From Syntrophales bacterium (GTDB lineage: Bacteria; Desulfobacterota; Syntrophia; Syntrophales; PHBD01): a stretch of DNA of 64,000 nt. Below are positions 51,626-61,390 of this stretch, one piece after another. A program made the position numbers and the translations under genes. Every line of letters starts with the position of its first letter. Within the stretch, counting starts at the first letter, position 1. The stretch covers positions 269,088-333,087 of the forward strand of contig DAOSEM010000002.1 in the NCBI GenBank assembly GCA_035363115.1, given 5' to 3'. Below the pieces are notes generated by a model. The model saw nothing but the letters and a program-made list of their open reading frames with translations. It was not told where the DNA came from and made no database searches.

Positions 51626-52923
51626 TCCCCAGATATTCCCGAGAAGCCATGACCCGCATCTGGAGCGCCGAGAACCGTTACCAGGCGTGGCTGGACATCG
51701 AAATCCTGGCCTGCGAGGCCTTTGCCGAGCGGGGAGAGATTCCCCGGGAGGCCCTGAACGCAATCCGGGAACGGGCCGGATTCGACGTGGAGCGCATCGA
51801 CGAGATCGAAAAGGTGACCAGGCACGACGTGATCGCCTTTCTCACCTCGGTGACGGAGAAGGTGGGGGAGGAGGGGCGGTTCATCCACATGGGCCTCACC
51901 TCCTCGGACATCCTCGATACGTCCCTGGCGGTCCTGTTGAAAGAGGCCGCGGAAATGCTGCTCGCGGACCTCGACCGCCTCCTTGCCGTCCTGAAAAAGA
52001 GGGCCTTCGAGCACAAACGGACCCTGATGATCGGCCGCTCCCACGGCATTCACGCGGAGCCCATCACCTTCGGGCTTAAAATGGCCCTGTGGTACCAGGA
52101 GATGCAGCGCAACCGGCTCCGCCTCGAACGGGCCCTGGAGATCATCAGCGTCGGCAAACTGGCGGGAGCCGTGGGCACCTTTTCCTTTGTGCACCCGGAC
52201 GTGGAAGAGTACGTCTGCGGAAAGCTCGGCCTGAAGCCCGCCCCGGTCTCCTCCCAGATCGTCCAGCGGGACCGGCACGCGGAGTACTTCTCCACGCTCG
52301 CCATCATCGGCTCCTCCATCGACAAATTCGCCCAGGAAATCCGGCTGCTGCAGAGGACAGAGGTGCGCGAGGCGGAGGAGTACTTCTCTCCCGGCCAGAA
52401 GGGGTCCTCCGCCATGCCCCACAAGCGGAACCCCGTGCTCTCGGAGAATCTCTCCGGCCTCGCCCGCCTGATGCGGTCCTATGCCCTGGCGGCTCTCGAG
52501 GACGTTGCCCTGTGGCACGAGCGCGACATCAGCCACTCGTCGGTGGAGCGCGTCATCGGCCCGGATGCGACGATTCTCCTGGACTTCATGCTGGCCCGCT
52601 TCACGGGCCTCGTGGAGAAGCTGGTGGTCTACCCGGAGCGGATGAAGGCCAATCTGGAGATGACCCACGGCGTGATCTTCTCCCAGATGGTTCTCCTGAA
52701 GCTGGTCGAGAGCGGGATGACCCGGGAGAACGCCTACGCGGCGGTACAGAGAAATGCCATGGCTTCCTGGGAGCGCGGGCTTCCTTTCCGGGATCTGCTC
52801 CGGCAGGACGGCGAGATCACTGCCCGCATCGGGGATGAGGAGCTGGATGAGGCGTTCCGGGTGGAAAATTTCCTCAGGCACGTGGATTACATCTTTCAGC
52901 GCGTTTTCGGGGAGGAGGCATGA
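51622..52923 (+). CDS. purB: Adenylosuccinate lyase
   Basis: [28 protein letters not shown]. Fumarate-lyase signature [11 protein letters not shown]. The GTG start overlaps the mscS stop (GTGA), 6 nt after AGGAG. Confidence 0.93.
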   Translation: [433 protein letters not shown]

Positions 52924-53558
52924 GCGAACCGATTTTTCGACCGCGGGGAGAATCGGCCCGGTTTGCCGCACCGGTGCTGCTTGTTTTGATCCTGGCGTTT
53001 ATGACCGGCTGCGACTATCTGCGGAGCTACGTGGAAATGGTACCGGAGAAGGGGGTCTCCCGGGAGTATCTGGTGGCGCTGGACGCCTCGACGCGAAGCC
53101 GGGGCCTGCATTCTCAGCTCGAGACCCGGGCCGGCCTGACCGCCACGTTCAAGTCCGCCGGGTTCCGGGCCGCTTATGTGAAAGACTACGCCCGGCTGTA
53201 CGGCCTGACGGAAGAGCAGATGAAGTCCCGCCGGGAGGTGCTCGACGAAATGGCCTCCGATTTCGACGAGTTCTTCCTCTATGCCGCCATGCCGGACAGG
53301 GATGCGAATGATTTCGACCGGAGCGGGTCCATCTGGAAAATCTATCTGGTCGACGACCAGGGGACCCGGTTCGAGCCCATGGAGGTGCGGCGCATCGGCA
53401 AAGTGACCCCCCTGGTGACCGCCTTCTATCCCTATGTCAACCCCTACCACGGAACATGCTACAGCCTGAAATTCAAGGCGGGGTCCGTTCCGAAGGAGGG
53501 GTCCTTCCGGCTGGTCTTTACCGGCGTCCTCGGAAAGGTCGAGCTGGCCTGGCTCTGA
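52920..53558 (+). CDS. Hypothetical lipoprotein
   Basis: ATGA overlap with the purB stop; lipobox LAFMTGC after a hydrophobic stretch. No family recognised. Confidence 0.6.
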   Translation: MSEPIFRPRGESARFAAPVLLVLILAFMTGCDYLRSYVEMVPEKGVSREYLVALDASTRSRGLHSQLETRAGLTATFKSAGFRAAYVKDYARLYGLTEEQMKSRREVLDEMASDFDEFFLYAAMPDRDANDFDRSGSIWKIYLVDDQGTRFEPMEVRRIGKVTPLVTAFYPYVNPYHGTCYSLKFKAGSVPKEGSFRLVFTGVLGKVELAWL

Positions 53559-53564
53559 GCAGGG

Positions 53565-55208
53565 TCAGATCGCCAGAGGATTCGAGAAGTTGCCCCGGTA
53601 ATAGGAAGGCTGGACCAGTTCCGTGTCCCGCAGCCAGTGTTCATCGTCCCGTTCCGGGTAGTCGATGGTGAAGTGAAGCCCCCGGCTCTCCTTGCGCTGG
53701 CGGGCACATTGCACGATCAGGCCCGCCACCGTGGCGATGTTCCGCAGCTCCAGCAGGTCTTTCGTGATGAGGAAGTTCCGGTAGTATTCGTCGATCTCCC
53801 GGCTGATCAGCTCGATGCGCCGCTCCGCCCTCTCCAGGCGCTTGTCCGAGCGGACGATCCCTACGTAGTTGGACATGCAGGACCGGATTTCGTCCCAGTT
53901 GTGCGATACCACGATGGATTCGTCGCTTTCAGTGGCGCCGCGGGGGTCCCACGCCGGAATGGGTACGGGATCGTCCGGGACGGACGAGAAGCGCTCCCGG
54001 ATCCGGAGGAACGTCCGGTGGCTGATGACCACCGCCTCCAGGAGGGAGTTGCTGGCCAGGCGGTTCGCCCCGTGCAGGCCGGTGCAGGACACTTCGCCGC
54101 TGGCAAAGACTCCGGGAATGCTCGTTTCTCCGTGGGCGTCCACCACCACGCCCCCGCACTGGTAATGGGCCGCCGGGGCGACGGGAATGGGCTGCCGGGT
54201 AATGTCCAGGCCGAATTCGAGGCACCGGGCATAGATGTGGGGAAAGCGGCCGATGACGAAGTTCCGGTCGCGGTGCGAGATGTCCAGGAGAACGTATTCT
54301 TCCCCGGATTTCTTCAACTCCCTGTCGATCGCCTGGGCCACCACGTCCCGGGGGGCGAGGCTTTTCATGGGGTGGTACCTGTCCATGAACGGGGTGCCGT
54401 TCTTCAGCTTCAGGATCGCTCCTTCGCCGCGGACCGCCTCACTGATCAGGAAAGCCTTGGCTTCCGGGTGGTACAGGCAGGTCGGATGGAACTGGATGAA
54501 CTCCATGTTGGCGATCCGGGCACCGGCCCGGTAGGCCATGGCCACGCCGTCGCCGGTGGCGATGTCGGGATTCGTGGTGATGAGGTAGACCTTGCCGGTG
54601 CCGCCTGTGGCCAGGATCACGAAGCGGGCGCGGAACGTGTGGATCTCGCCGCGGAGGATATCCAGGACGTAGGCGCCGAGGCACCGGTCGTCCTCGGTGA
54701 ACCATTGTCCCGGGATGCGGGACTTCAGGATCAGGTCGATGGCGAAGTGGTTTTCATAAAAGCGGATGTTCGGTTTCGAGGCGGCCATGTCCGACAGGGC
54801 CCGCTCGATTTCCCGGCCCGTCAGGTCGTGGGCGTGCAGGACCCGGCGCGCGCTGTGTCCACCTTCCCGGCCCAGGTCGAAGCGGTCGGGGTGATCCTTG
54901 GCCCGGGTGAACTGGACCCCCCACTCCACCAGTTCCCGGATCCGCTCCGGTCCCTCTTCGATGACGAACTTCACCACGTCGGACCTGCAGAGGCCGGCCC
55001 CGCAGACGAGGGTGTCCTCGATGTGGGCGGCAAAGGAGTCCGTTTCCGCCTGGACGGCGGCGATTCCACCCTGGGCGTAGTTTGTGGAGGATTCGATTTT
55101 TTCCTTTTTGGTGACGATGGCCACGCTGCCCAGGCCGGAGGCTTTGATGGCGAGGCTGAGGCCGGCGATTCCGCTGCCCAGGATCAGAAAGTCCGTCTTG
55201 ATCTCCAT
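53565..55208 (-). CDS. nadB: L-aspartate oxidase
   Basis: FAD motif DFLILGSGIAGLSLA. 547 aa. Succinate dehydrogenase/fumarate reductase flavoprotein-like blocks (ATGGTGKVY, HPT, GLHGANRLASNSLLE). Confidence 0.92.
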   Translation of the reverse strand: MEIKTDFLILGSGIAGLSLAIKASGLGSVAIVTKKEKIESSTNYAQGGIAAVQAETDSFAAHIEDTLVCGAGLCRSDVVKFVIEEGPERIRELVEWGVQFTRAKDHPDRFDLGREGGHSARRVLHAHDLTGREIERALSDMAASKPNIRFYENHFAIDLILKSRIPGQWFTEDDRCLGAYVLDILRGEIHTFRARFVILATGGTGKVYLITTNPDIATGDGVAMAYRAGARIANMEFIQFHPTCLYHPEAKAFLISEAVRGEGAILKLKNGTPFMDRYHPMKSLAPRDVVAQAIDRELKKSGEEYVLLDISHRDRNFVIGRFPHIYARCLEFGLDITRQPIPVAPAAHYQCGGVVVDAHGETSIPGVFASGEVSCTGLHGANRLASNSLLEAVVISHRTFLRIRERFSSVPDDPVPIPAWDPRGATESDESIVVSHNWDEIRSCMSNYVGIVRSDKRLERAERRIELISREIDEYYRNFLITKDLLELRNIATVAGLIVQCARQRKESRGLHFTIDYPERDDEHWLRDTELVQPSYYRGNFSNPLAI

Positions 55209-55284
55209 GATCGGTGCGCTCCCCGTCGTCTTCCCGGCCGGACCGAAGTCTGAACGCTGACCGGACGACCGGGGTCCGGCGAAC

Positions 55285-55313
55285 TTTACAAAATCAGGCG
55301 ACTTCTATATAGT
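55285..55313 (+). promoter_or_regulatory. Sigma70-type promoter candidate for tsaD
   Basis: TTTACA (55285-90), a 17-nt spacer, then TATAGT (55308-13). It is embedded in the inverted repeat AATCAGGC...GCCTGATT (55292-55327). Confidence 0.45.
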
Positions 55314-55357
55314 CTCCCGGCCTGATTGTAAACGAAAAACACCGGGAGAACGTGATC

Positions 55358-56362
55358 ATGCTGGTTCTGGCCATCGAGACATCCTGTGACGAGACGGCGG
55401 CGGCGGTCGTCCGGGACGGTCGCGTCATGCTTTCGAACGTCATCGCTTCCCAGATCGACGTCCACAGCCGATTTGGAGGCGTCGTGCCGGAGATCGCCTC
55501 CCGCAAGCACATCGAGGCAATTGGAGCCGTGATCCTGCAGGCCCTCGACGACGCCGGAACCACACTTGACGAGATTGATGGGATCGCCGTCACACGGGGA
55601 CCCGGCCTGGTCGGATCCCTCCTGGTGGGCCTCTCCGCGGCCAAGGCGGTCGCTTTCGGACGGAAGCTTCCCTTTGTCGGGGTCAACCACCTGGAGGGAC
55701 ACGTAGCGGCCGTTTTCCTGTCCGACCGCCGGCCTTCCTTTCCCTTCGCCGCGCTCGTAGTCTCTGGCGGGCACACGACGATCTACCGGGTGGACGATTT
55801 TTCGCGTTTCTCCATCCTCGGGCAGACGCGGGACGACGCTGCCGGAGAGGCCTTCGACAAGGCGGCGAAGCTCCTCGACATCGGCTATCCCGGCGGGGTT
55901 GTCATCGACCGCCTGGCGAAACAGGGGGACCCGTCCTCCGTTCCGTTTCCCCGGGCCATGCGGGACAGCCTCGAGTTCAGTTTCAGCGGCCTCAAGACGG
56001 CGCTCCTGAACTACGTGAAACAGAAGGGTATGCCGGGAACGGAAGCAATGCCGGGGGTTGTGGCCAGTTTCCAGGAGGCCGTGGTCGACGTGCTCGTGGA
56101 GAAGACCCTCCGGGCAGCAGATGAGAATGGCCTCGGGCAGGTGGTGGTCTGCGGGGGAGTGGCCGCCAACAGCAGGCTCCGGACGCGGTTCCAGGAAGAC
56201 GCCCGGGAGCGGGGAATCGAGGTGCTCGTCCCGCCCCCCGTTCTGTGCACCGACAACGCCGCCATGATCGCCGTCGTGGGCGATTACCGGCTCTCCATGG
56301 GCATGCGGGATTCCTTCGACCTGAATGCCGTTTCCCGGTGGCCCCTGTCTTCGTTCCGATGA
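55358..56362 (+). CDS. tsaD: tRNA N6-adenosine threonylcarbamoyltransferase
   Basis: MLVLAIETSCDETAAAVV, HLEGH, and the GGVAANSRLR block. ATG 55358 lies 9 nt after GGGAG. Confidence 0.93.
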   Translation: MLVLAIETSCDETAAAVVRDGRVMLSNVIASQIDVHSRFGGVVPEIASRKHIEAIGAVILQALDDAGTTLDEIDGIAVTRGPGLVGSLLVGLSAAKAVAFGRKLPFVGVNHLEGHVAAVFLSDRRPSFPFAALVVSGGHTTIYRVDDFSRFSILGQTRDDAAGEAFDKAAKLLDIGYPGGVVIDRLAKQGDPSSVPFPRAMRDSLEFSFSGLKTALLNYVKQKGMPGTEAMPGVVASFQEAVVDVLVEKTLRAADENGLGQVVVCGGVAANSRLRTRFQEDARERGIEVLVPPPVLCTDNAAMIAVVGDYRLSMGMRDSFDLNAVSRWPLSSFR

Positions 56363-56808
56363 ACCCGCTCAAGGAATGGCTCGCCGGATTCTACCGGCGC
56401 TTCGTGAGCCTTCGGGGGGACCCCCGGCACATCTCCCTCGGGTTTGCCATCGGTGTTTTCATCGGCACGACCCCGACGATTCCGTTCCATACGACGCTGG
56501 TTCTGGCCGCATCCGCTCTCTTCCGCCAGCATCTATCATCGGCATACCTGGGGTCCTGGCTCATTTCCAACCCTCTGACGATCCCGATTCTGTACGTGTC
56601 CCAGTACGAGGCGGGCCGCCTTCTGCTGGGCATGGAGCGATGCACCCTGGTCCTTCCCGATTACTCGCTGGCGTCGGTCGCCGGTCTGGGCTGGGAGATC
56701 CTCCTGCCGCTCCAGGTCGGGGGCCTCCTGTTTGCGCCGGTCTTCGCACTGCCGGCCTATCTCGTTACGAGGCGGCTGCTTGTCGCCTGGAGGGCCGAAA
56801 AAGCATGA
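56359..56808 (+). CDS. DUF2062-family membrane protein
   Basis: ATGA overlap with the tsaD stop. GDPRHISLGFAIGVFIGTTPTIPFHTTLVLAAS is typical of DUF2062. Confidence 0.75.
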   Translation: MNPLKEWLAGFYRRFVSLRGDPRHISLGFAIGVFIGTTPTIPFHTTLVLAASALFRQHLSSAYLGSWLISNPLTIPILYVSQYEAGRLLLGMERCTLVLPDYSLASVAGLGWEILLPLQVGGLLFAPVFALPAYLVTRRLLVAWRAEKA

Positions 56809-57680
56809 TCACACCACGGAAAGTTCTCCGTTCCCGGGGGCTCAGGCCGAGAAAAAAGCTGGGGCAGTGTTTTCTCCAGGACCGCAATATCCTGGAGAAG
56901 ATCGCCGCTATGGCGGAGATCGGGGGTGCCGGGACGGTGGTTGAGATCGGCGCCGGGACGGGGGTTTTGACGGAACGGATCGCGGAGGTGGCCGGGCACG
57001 TCCTGGCCGTCGAGGTGGATCCGCGGATGACGGAAATCCTCGAGGAGCGTTTCCAGGACCGGGGCAACGTCGAGATTGTCCACCGCGATGTCCTGGAGGT
57101 CGATTTCTCCACACTTGCAGGCGGTGAGGGCGGGGAGGGGATCACGGTGGTCGGCAACATCCCCTATTCCCTGTCGACGCCGATCCTGTTCCATCTGCTG
57201 GCGCACCGGAGGCGGATCCGGAGGGCGGTGCTGATGTTCCAGAAAGAACTGGCGGAGCGACTGGCGGCGTCTCCGGGGACGAAGGAATACGGCATCCCAT
57301 CGGTCCTGGTGGCCGCCTCTGCCCGCGTTACCCAGCGACTGGACGTTCCTGCCACCTGTTTCTATCCTGTTCCCCGGGTCCACTCCCGGGTGCTGCGCTT
57401 TGACTTTCTCAAGGAACCGCCGTTTCCGCTCGGAGAAGAGGCGTATTTTACGGCGCTTGTCCGGGCGGCCTTTGCCAGCCGGAGAAAGACGATATACAAT
57501 AATCTTTCGAGGGCATCCCTGGGATTGCCCGCGGGCAGCGACCTTGACGTTCTCCTCCGGTCCTCGGGAATCGACCCGGTACGCCGGGCAGAGACCCTGT
57601 CTCCCGCTGAATTCGGCCGGCTCAGTGCCGTACTCCTGGAGACCTCGCGAAAAGGCCTTGACAACAGGGACCCCGTTTGA
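56805..57680 (+). CDS. rsmA: 16S rRNA (adenine1518/1519-N6)-dimethyltransferase
   Basis: ATGA overlap with the upstream stop. KKLGQCFLQDRNILEKI, VVEIGAGTGVLTERI, VVGNIPYSLSTPI. Confidence 0.92.
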   Translation: MITPRKVLRSRGLRPRKKLGQCFLQDRNILEKIAAMAEIGGAGTVVEIGAGTGVLTERIAEVAGHVLAVEVDPRMTEILEERFQDRGNVEIVHRDVLEVDFSTLAGGEGGEGITVVGNIPYSLSTPILFHLLAHRRRIRRAVLMFQKELAERLAASPGTKEYGIPSVLVAASARVTQRLDVPATCFYPVPRVHSRVLRFDFLKEPPFPLGEEAYFTALVRAAFASRRKTIYNNLSRASLGLPAGSDLDVLLRSSGIDPVRRAETLSPAEFGRLSAVLLETSRKGLDNRDPV

Positions 57681-57760
57681 TACGGCGTTTTTGCCGCTTG
57701 GATCCGGAGACGGACTGAGACGGAAAGGTCAGGCAAAGGATTGAGCCAAAAGCAAACCAG

Positions 57761-57792
57761 GCCTCCCGTCTCGCGACGGCGAGGCTTTTTTT
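57761..57792 (+). terminator. Rho-independent terminator after rsmA
   Basis: GCCTCCCGTC-tcgc-GACGGCGAGGC (one bulge) followed by T7. Confidence 0.7.
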
Positions 57793-57798
57793 ATTGGG

Positions 57799-58692
57799 AT
57801 GGAACGAATGATCCAGATCATCGAAACGGTTCGGGAAATGCAGGCTTTCTCGGATTCGCTCCGGCGGCAGGGAAAGACGGTTTCCTTCGTACCGACCATG
57901 GGCTTTTTTCACGAAGGGCACCTCGACCTCATGAGGGAGGGGCGCCGGCGGGCCGACTGCCTCGTGGTCAGCATCTACGTCAACCCGACCCAGTTCGGCC
58001 CCACGGAGGACCTGGACCGCTATCCCCGGAATTTCGACAGGGACCGGGAACTGGCCGAATCGGTCGGAGTGGACGTCATCTATTTCCCGTCGAACCGGGA
58101 GATGTATCCCCCGGGCTATCAGACCTATGTGAATGTGGAGGAAGTCACCGACAACCTCTGCGGCCTCTCGCGGCCCGGGCATTTCCGGGGCGTCACCACC
58201 GTCTGCTGCAAGCTCTTCAACATCGTGAAGCCCCACCTGACCGTCTTCGGCAAGAAGGACTTCCAGCAGCTCGCAGCGATCCGGCGGATGGTGGAGGACC
58301 TCAACATGGACCTGGAAGTGGTGGCCATGCCGACCACGCGGGAGTCCGACGGGCTTGCCATGAGCTCCCGGAATACGTACCTGAAGCCGGAGGAGCGGGA
58401 GTCCGCCCTCAGCCTTTCCCGCTCCCTCAAGATTGCCCAGGAACGGTATGCCGGCGGCGAGCGCGACGCCACGTCCATCCTCGCGGAAGCGAAATCCTTC
58501 ATTTCATCCCACCCCTTCACGAATATCGACTACGTGCAGATCTGTGACGCCGCGACCATGAAGGATGTGGAGCGGATCGAGGGGATCTGCGTCATGGCCC
58601 TTGCCGTACGGGTGGGAAAAACAAGGCTCATCGACAACTCCGTCTTCGGAGAGCCCCTGGACGTGCCGACGCCCGGGACGCCGAAGGCGTAA
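57799..58692 (+). CDS. panC: Pantoate--beta-alanine ligase
   Basis: [21 protein letters not shown] (HxGH motif) and FGKKDFQQL. The start may be 57808. Confidence 0.92.
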   Translation: MERMIQIIETVREMQAFSDSLRRQGKTVSFVPTMGFFHEGHLDLMREGRRRADCLVVSIYVNPTQFGPTEDLDRYPRNFDRDRELAESVGVDVIYFPSNREMYPPGYQTYVNVEEVTDNLCGLSRPGHFRGVTTVCCKLFNIVKPHLTVFGKKDFQQLAAIRRMVEDLNMDLEVVAMPTTRESDGLAMSSRNTYLKPEERESALSLSRSLKIAQERYAGGERDATSILAEAKSFISSHPFTNIDYVQICDAATMKDVERIEGICVMALAVRVGKTRLIDNSVFGEPLDVPTPGTPKA

Positions 58693-58723
58693 AAAAAGAA
58701 TCCTTTCGAACAAGGGGCGCGTC

Positions 58724-59083
58724 ATGCAGCGGTTCATGCTGAAATCGAAGATCCACCGGGCCACGGTCACCGATGCGGACCTTCACTACGAGGGCAGCAT
58801 TACCATCGACGAGAAACTCCTGAAGGCGGCGGACATCGTTCCTTATGAGAAGGTGGCGATCTACGACGTCGACAACGGGGAACGGTTCACGACCTACGCC
58901 ATCACCGGGAAGGCCGGATCGGGAGTCATTTGCCTGAACGGCGCGGCGGCCCGCAAGGTCTCCCGGGGCGATCTGGTGATCATCGCCAGTTACGTCACGG
59001 TGGATGATGACGCCGCGCGAACGTGGACCCCCAAGTGCGTCTTCGTGGACGAGAAGAACCGGATCAAGAAGCGCAAGAAGTGA
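58724..59083 (+). CDS. panD: Aspartate 1-decarboxylase
   Basis: [29 protein letters not shown], including the self-processing G-S site. 119 aa. Confidence 0.93.
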   Translation: MQRFMLKSKIHRATVTDADLHYEGSITIDEKLLKAADIVPYEKVAIYDVDNGERFTTYAITGKAGSGVICLNGAAARKVSRGDLVIIASYVTVDDDAARTWTPKCVFVDEKNRIKKRKK

Positions 59084-59136
59084 CACGGTCCGCCGATTTG
59101 CCCCGCCGGAAGGATCTCAAGCCTGCCGGCGGATCC

Positions 59137-59799
59137 ATGAAACAGCTTTCCCTTCCCTTTGCATCCGGTGAGCGGGACCTCCAGGAACGCCTGGAGACCT
59201 GCCTGCGCCGTCCCGTCCATCTCGTCCTTACGGACAATCACGTCTCGATGATCCGCGTCCGGACCGACGCCGACGGCGTCCGGCTCCGCCTGCACCGGAT
59301 CTTTCTCGATGCCGGGGACGACGTCCTCCGGGAAGTCGCCCGTTTTGCCCGCACCCGGAAAAACCCCGGTCGCCTCATCGGCGATTATATCCGCGACCGG
59401 CTTCGGGACCGTCCCGAACAGGCTGCACGCGCCGTCCGCATTGAACCGCAGGGCCGGCACTTCAACCTCCAGGCCGCATTCGACAGCCTGAACAGGCTTT
59501 ATTTCGACGGCCGCCTCTCGGTTCCCATCACATGGGGCCGGGGAAAGGCGTCCCGCCGCGTCCGGCGCCGGATCCTGGGAAGCTTCAGCAGCCGCACCGG
59601 AACCATCCGCATCCATCCGTGGCTGGACCGGAAGACGGTTCCCCTCTACGTATTGGAGTACGTGGTCTATCACGAGATGCTCCATGCCGACATGGGGGCG
59701 GAGATGAGGAATGGGCGGCGGATCGTTCACTCCGCGGAGTTTCGCCGCAGGGAGCGTCTCTTCATCCGCTGGGCTGAGGCGGAGGCCTGGAGAGGGTAG
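59137..59799 (+). CDS. SprT-like zinc-metalloprotease-domain protein
   Basis: YVVYHEMLHADMG (HExxH) followed by HSAEFRRRE. ATG 59137 was chosen because the longer track ORF overlaps panD. Confidence 0.6.
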   Translation: MKQLSLPFASGERDLQERLETCLRRPVHLVLTDNHVSMIRVRTDADGVRLRLHRIFLDAGDDVLREVARFARTRKNPGRLIGDYIRDRLRDRPEQAARAVRIEPQGRHFNLQAAFDSLNRLYFDGRLSVPITWGRGKASRRVRRRILGSFSSRTGTIRIHPWLDRKTVPLYVLEYVVYHEMLHADMGAEMRNGRRIVHSAEFRRRERLFIRWAEAEAWRG

Positions 59800-59828
59800 G
59801 GCCGGCTGCATCGCCGGATGGTGCCGCC

Positions 59829-60653
59829 TTACGGAATTTCCGGGTGGGGGATCGGGGTGCCGGGATCGCCGGCGAGGCCGGAAAGGAATCCCAGGAGGAC
59901 TTCGTTGAAGGTCTCCGGCTGATCGATCGGTGTCAGGTGGCGCGACTGCCGGATCACGGCCAGCTCCGCACCGGGAATCCGCCGGGTGTACGCCTCCTTG
60001 AGGGAAACGGGCGTGTAGTCCTGGTCCGCTGTGACAATCAGGACGGGGCAGCGGATCTCCCCGATGCGATCGGCCACGCTCCAGCCGGTGATGGCCTTCA
60101 TGGAAGCCAGGTAGGCCCGCCGGTCGTTTTCCGCCCAGCGGGCGATCAGGGTGTCATGCAGGTCCTTCTGGTGCGGCTCCGGAAGCAGCATGTCCGCCAG
60201 GATGGCCCCCATCTTCCGCATTCCCAGGAAACGCACGATCAGGCGGCGGAGAAAAAACGCCCGGCGGTCCCTTGCATTCGTGAGAACCATGGCCGGACCG
60301 CTGTTGACGACGGTCAGGCTTTTCACGAGCGTCGGCTCGTCGACGGCAAGCTGGAATGCCGTCATGCCCCCCATGGACAGCCCCACGACGTGGGCCGGTA
60401 CGGTCCCCACGGCCTTCAGGAATGCCGCCGCATCCCCGGCGAACTGACGCACGCTGTAGGGCCCCCGCGGCTTGTCGGTTCGTCCGTGACCCCGGTTGTC
60501 GAAGGCTACGACCTGGAAGCAGCGGGAGAAGAACTCCATCTGCCTTTCCCAGTCGCGGGTGCTTGACCCCAGACCGTGGAGAAACACCAGGGGCTCACCC
60601 GCTCCCGAGGCCTCGAAATAGACATTCAGGTCGTTCACACGGACATGCGGCAA
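59829..60653 (-). CDS. Alpha/beta-fold hydrolase
   Basis: LVFLHGLGSS and the nucleophile elbow VGLSMGG. TTG start at 60653, 5 nt after AAGGAGG; no in-frame ATG is nearby. Confidence 0.85.
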   Translation of the reverse strand: MPHVRVNDLNVYFEASGAGEPLVFLHGLGSSTRDWERQMEFFSRCFQVVAFDNRGHGRTDKPRGPYSVRQFAGDAAAFLKAVGTVPAHVVGLSMGGMTAFQLAVDEPTLVKSLTVVNSGPAMVLTNARDRRAFFLRRLIVRFLGMRKMGAILADMLLPEPHQKDLHDTLIARWAENDRRAYLASMKAITGWSVADRIGEIRCPVLIVTADQDYTPVSLKEAYTRRIPGAELAVIRQSRHLTPIDQPETFNEVLLGFLSGLAGDPGTPIPHPEIP

Positions 60654-60675
60654 GGTTGCCTCCTTCTGTACCCGT

Positions 60676-61188
60676 TTACGTTTCAGTTCGGGATGCGGTC
60701 TCTCCGGACGGATTGCCGTTTGTCTTCCAGAGCCGGTAAGGGTTCCGGGCGAGGTTCACATTGAAATAGCGGGAATCGGTGGAGACTTCCCTGCCTGCCC
60801 AGGGGGGCTCCGACACCGGCTGATCCTCCCGCTCCAGCTCGACCTCCGCCAGGATCAGGCCGTCGTTGTCCCCCAGAAACTCGTCGATCTCCCAGATCAG
60901 GCCGCCATACCGGACCTGCCGGCGCCGCTTCTCGATCCACGGCCGGGGACAGAGCCGCTCCAACATCTCTTCCGCGTCGGCTCGCGGGATCGGATATTCA
61001 TATTCGAGGCGGGTCAGCCCCGAGAGGAGGGACTTAACCGCCAGGAAGGCATGTTCCCCGCAGATCCGGATCCTGACGAGACAGGCCGGATCCGACTTGA
61101 GATACCCTTGGCGATACAGGACGCCGTTATCGTCCGAACGCCACGAGTCGCCGCAGACAAGGTATTTTCGCTCGATTTCACGGGCCAT
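60676..61188 (-). CDS. CYTH-domain protein (triphosphate tunnel metalloenzyme)
   Basis: MAREIERKYLV carries the ExExK signature at the N-terminus. 170 aa from ATG 61188. Confidence 0.8.
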   Translation of the reverse strand: MAREIERKYLVCGDSWRSDDNGVLYRQGYLKSDPACLVRIRICGEHAFLAVKSLLSGLTRLEYEYPIPRADAEEMLERLCPRPWIEKRRRQVRYGGLIWEIDEFLGDNDGLILAEVELEREDQPVSEPPWAGREVSTDSRYFNVNLARNPYRLWKTNGNPSGETASRTET

Positions 61189-61325
61189 GGGGGGCTGCTC
61201 CAGGATCGTATTCTGTAAGTCCTGATCCATGACGGACGGGCATGAGTGATCCATACGGGATGAACCGGGGTGTGTCAAGGGAGGCAAATCATTTCGACCC
61301 CCGGTCCCAGACCGGACCGGCAGGC

Positions 61326-61354
61326 TTGCAAAACCAGAACTCTCCGTTTATCAT
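61326..61354 (+). promoter_or_regulatory. Sigma70-type promoter candidate for cydAB
   Basis: TTGCAA (61326-31), a 17-nt spacer, then TATCAT (61349-54), 37 nt before the cydA ATG. Confidence 0.45.
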
Positions 61355-61390
61355 GGCTTCGCTGTTCGCTTCCCGAGGAGGTCGGTCCCG

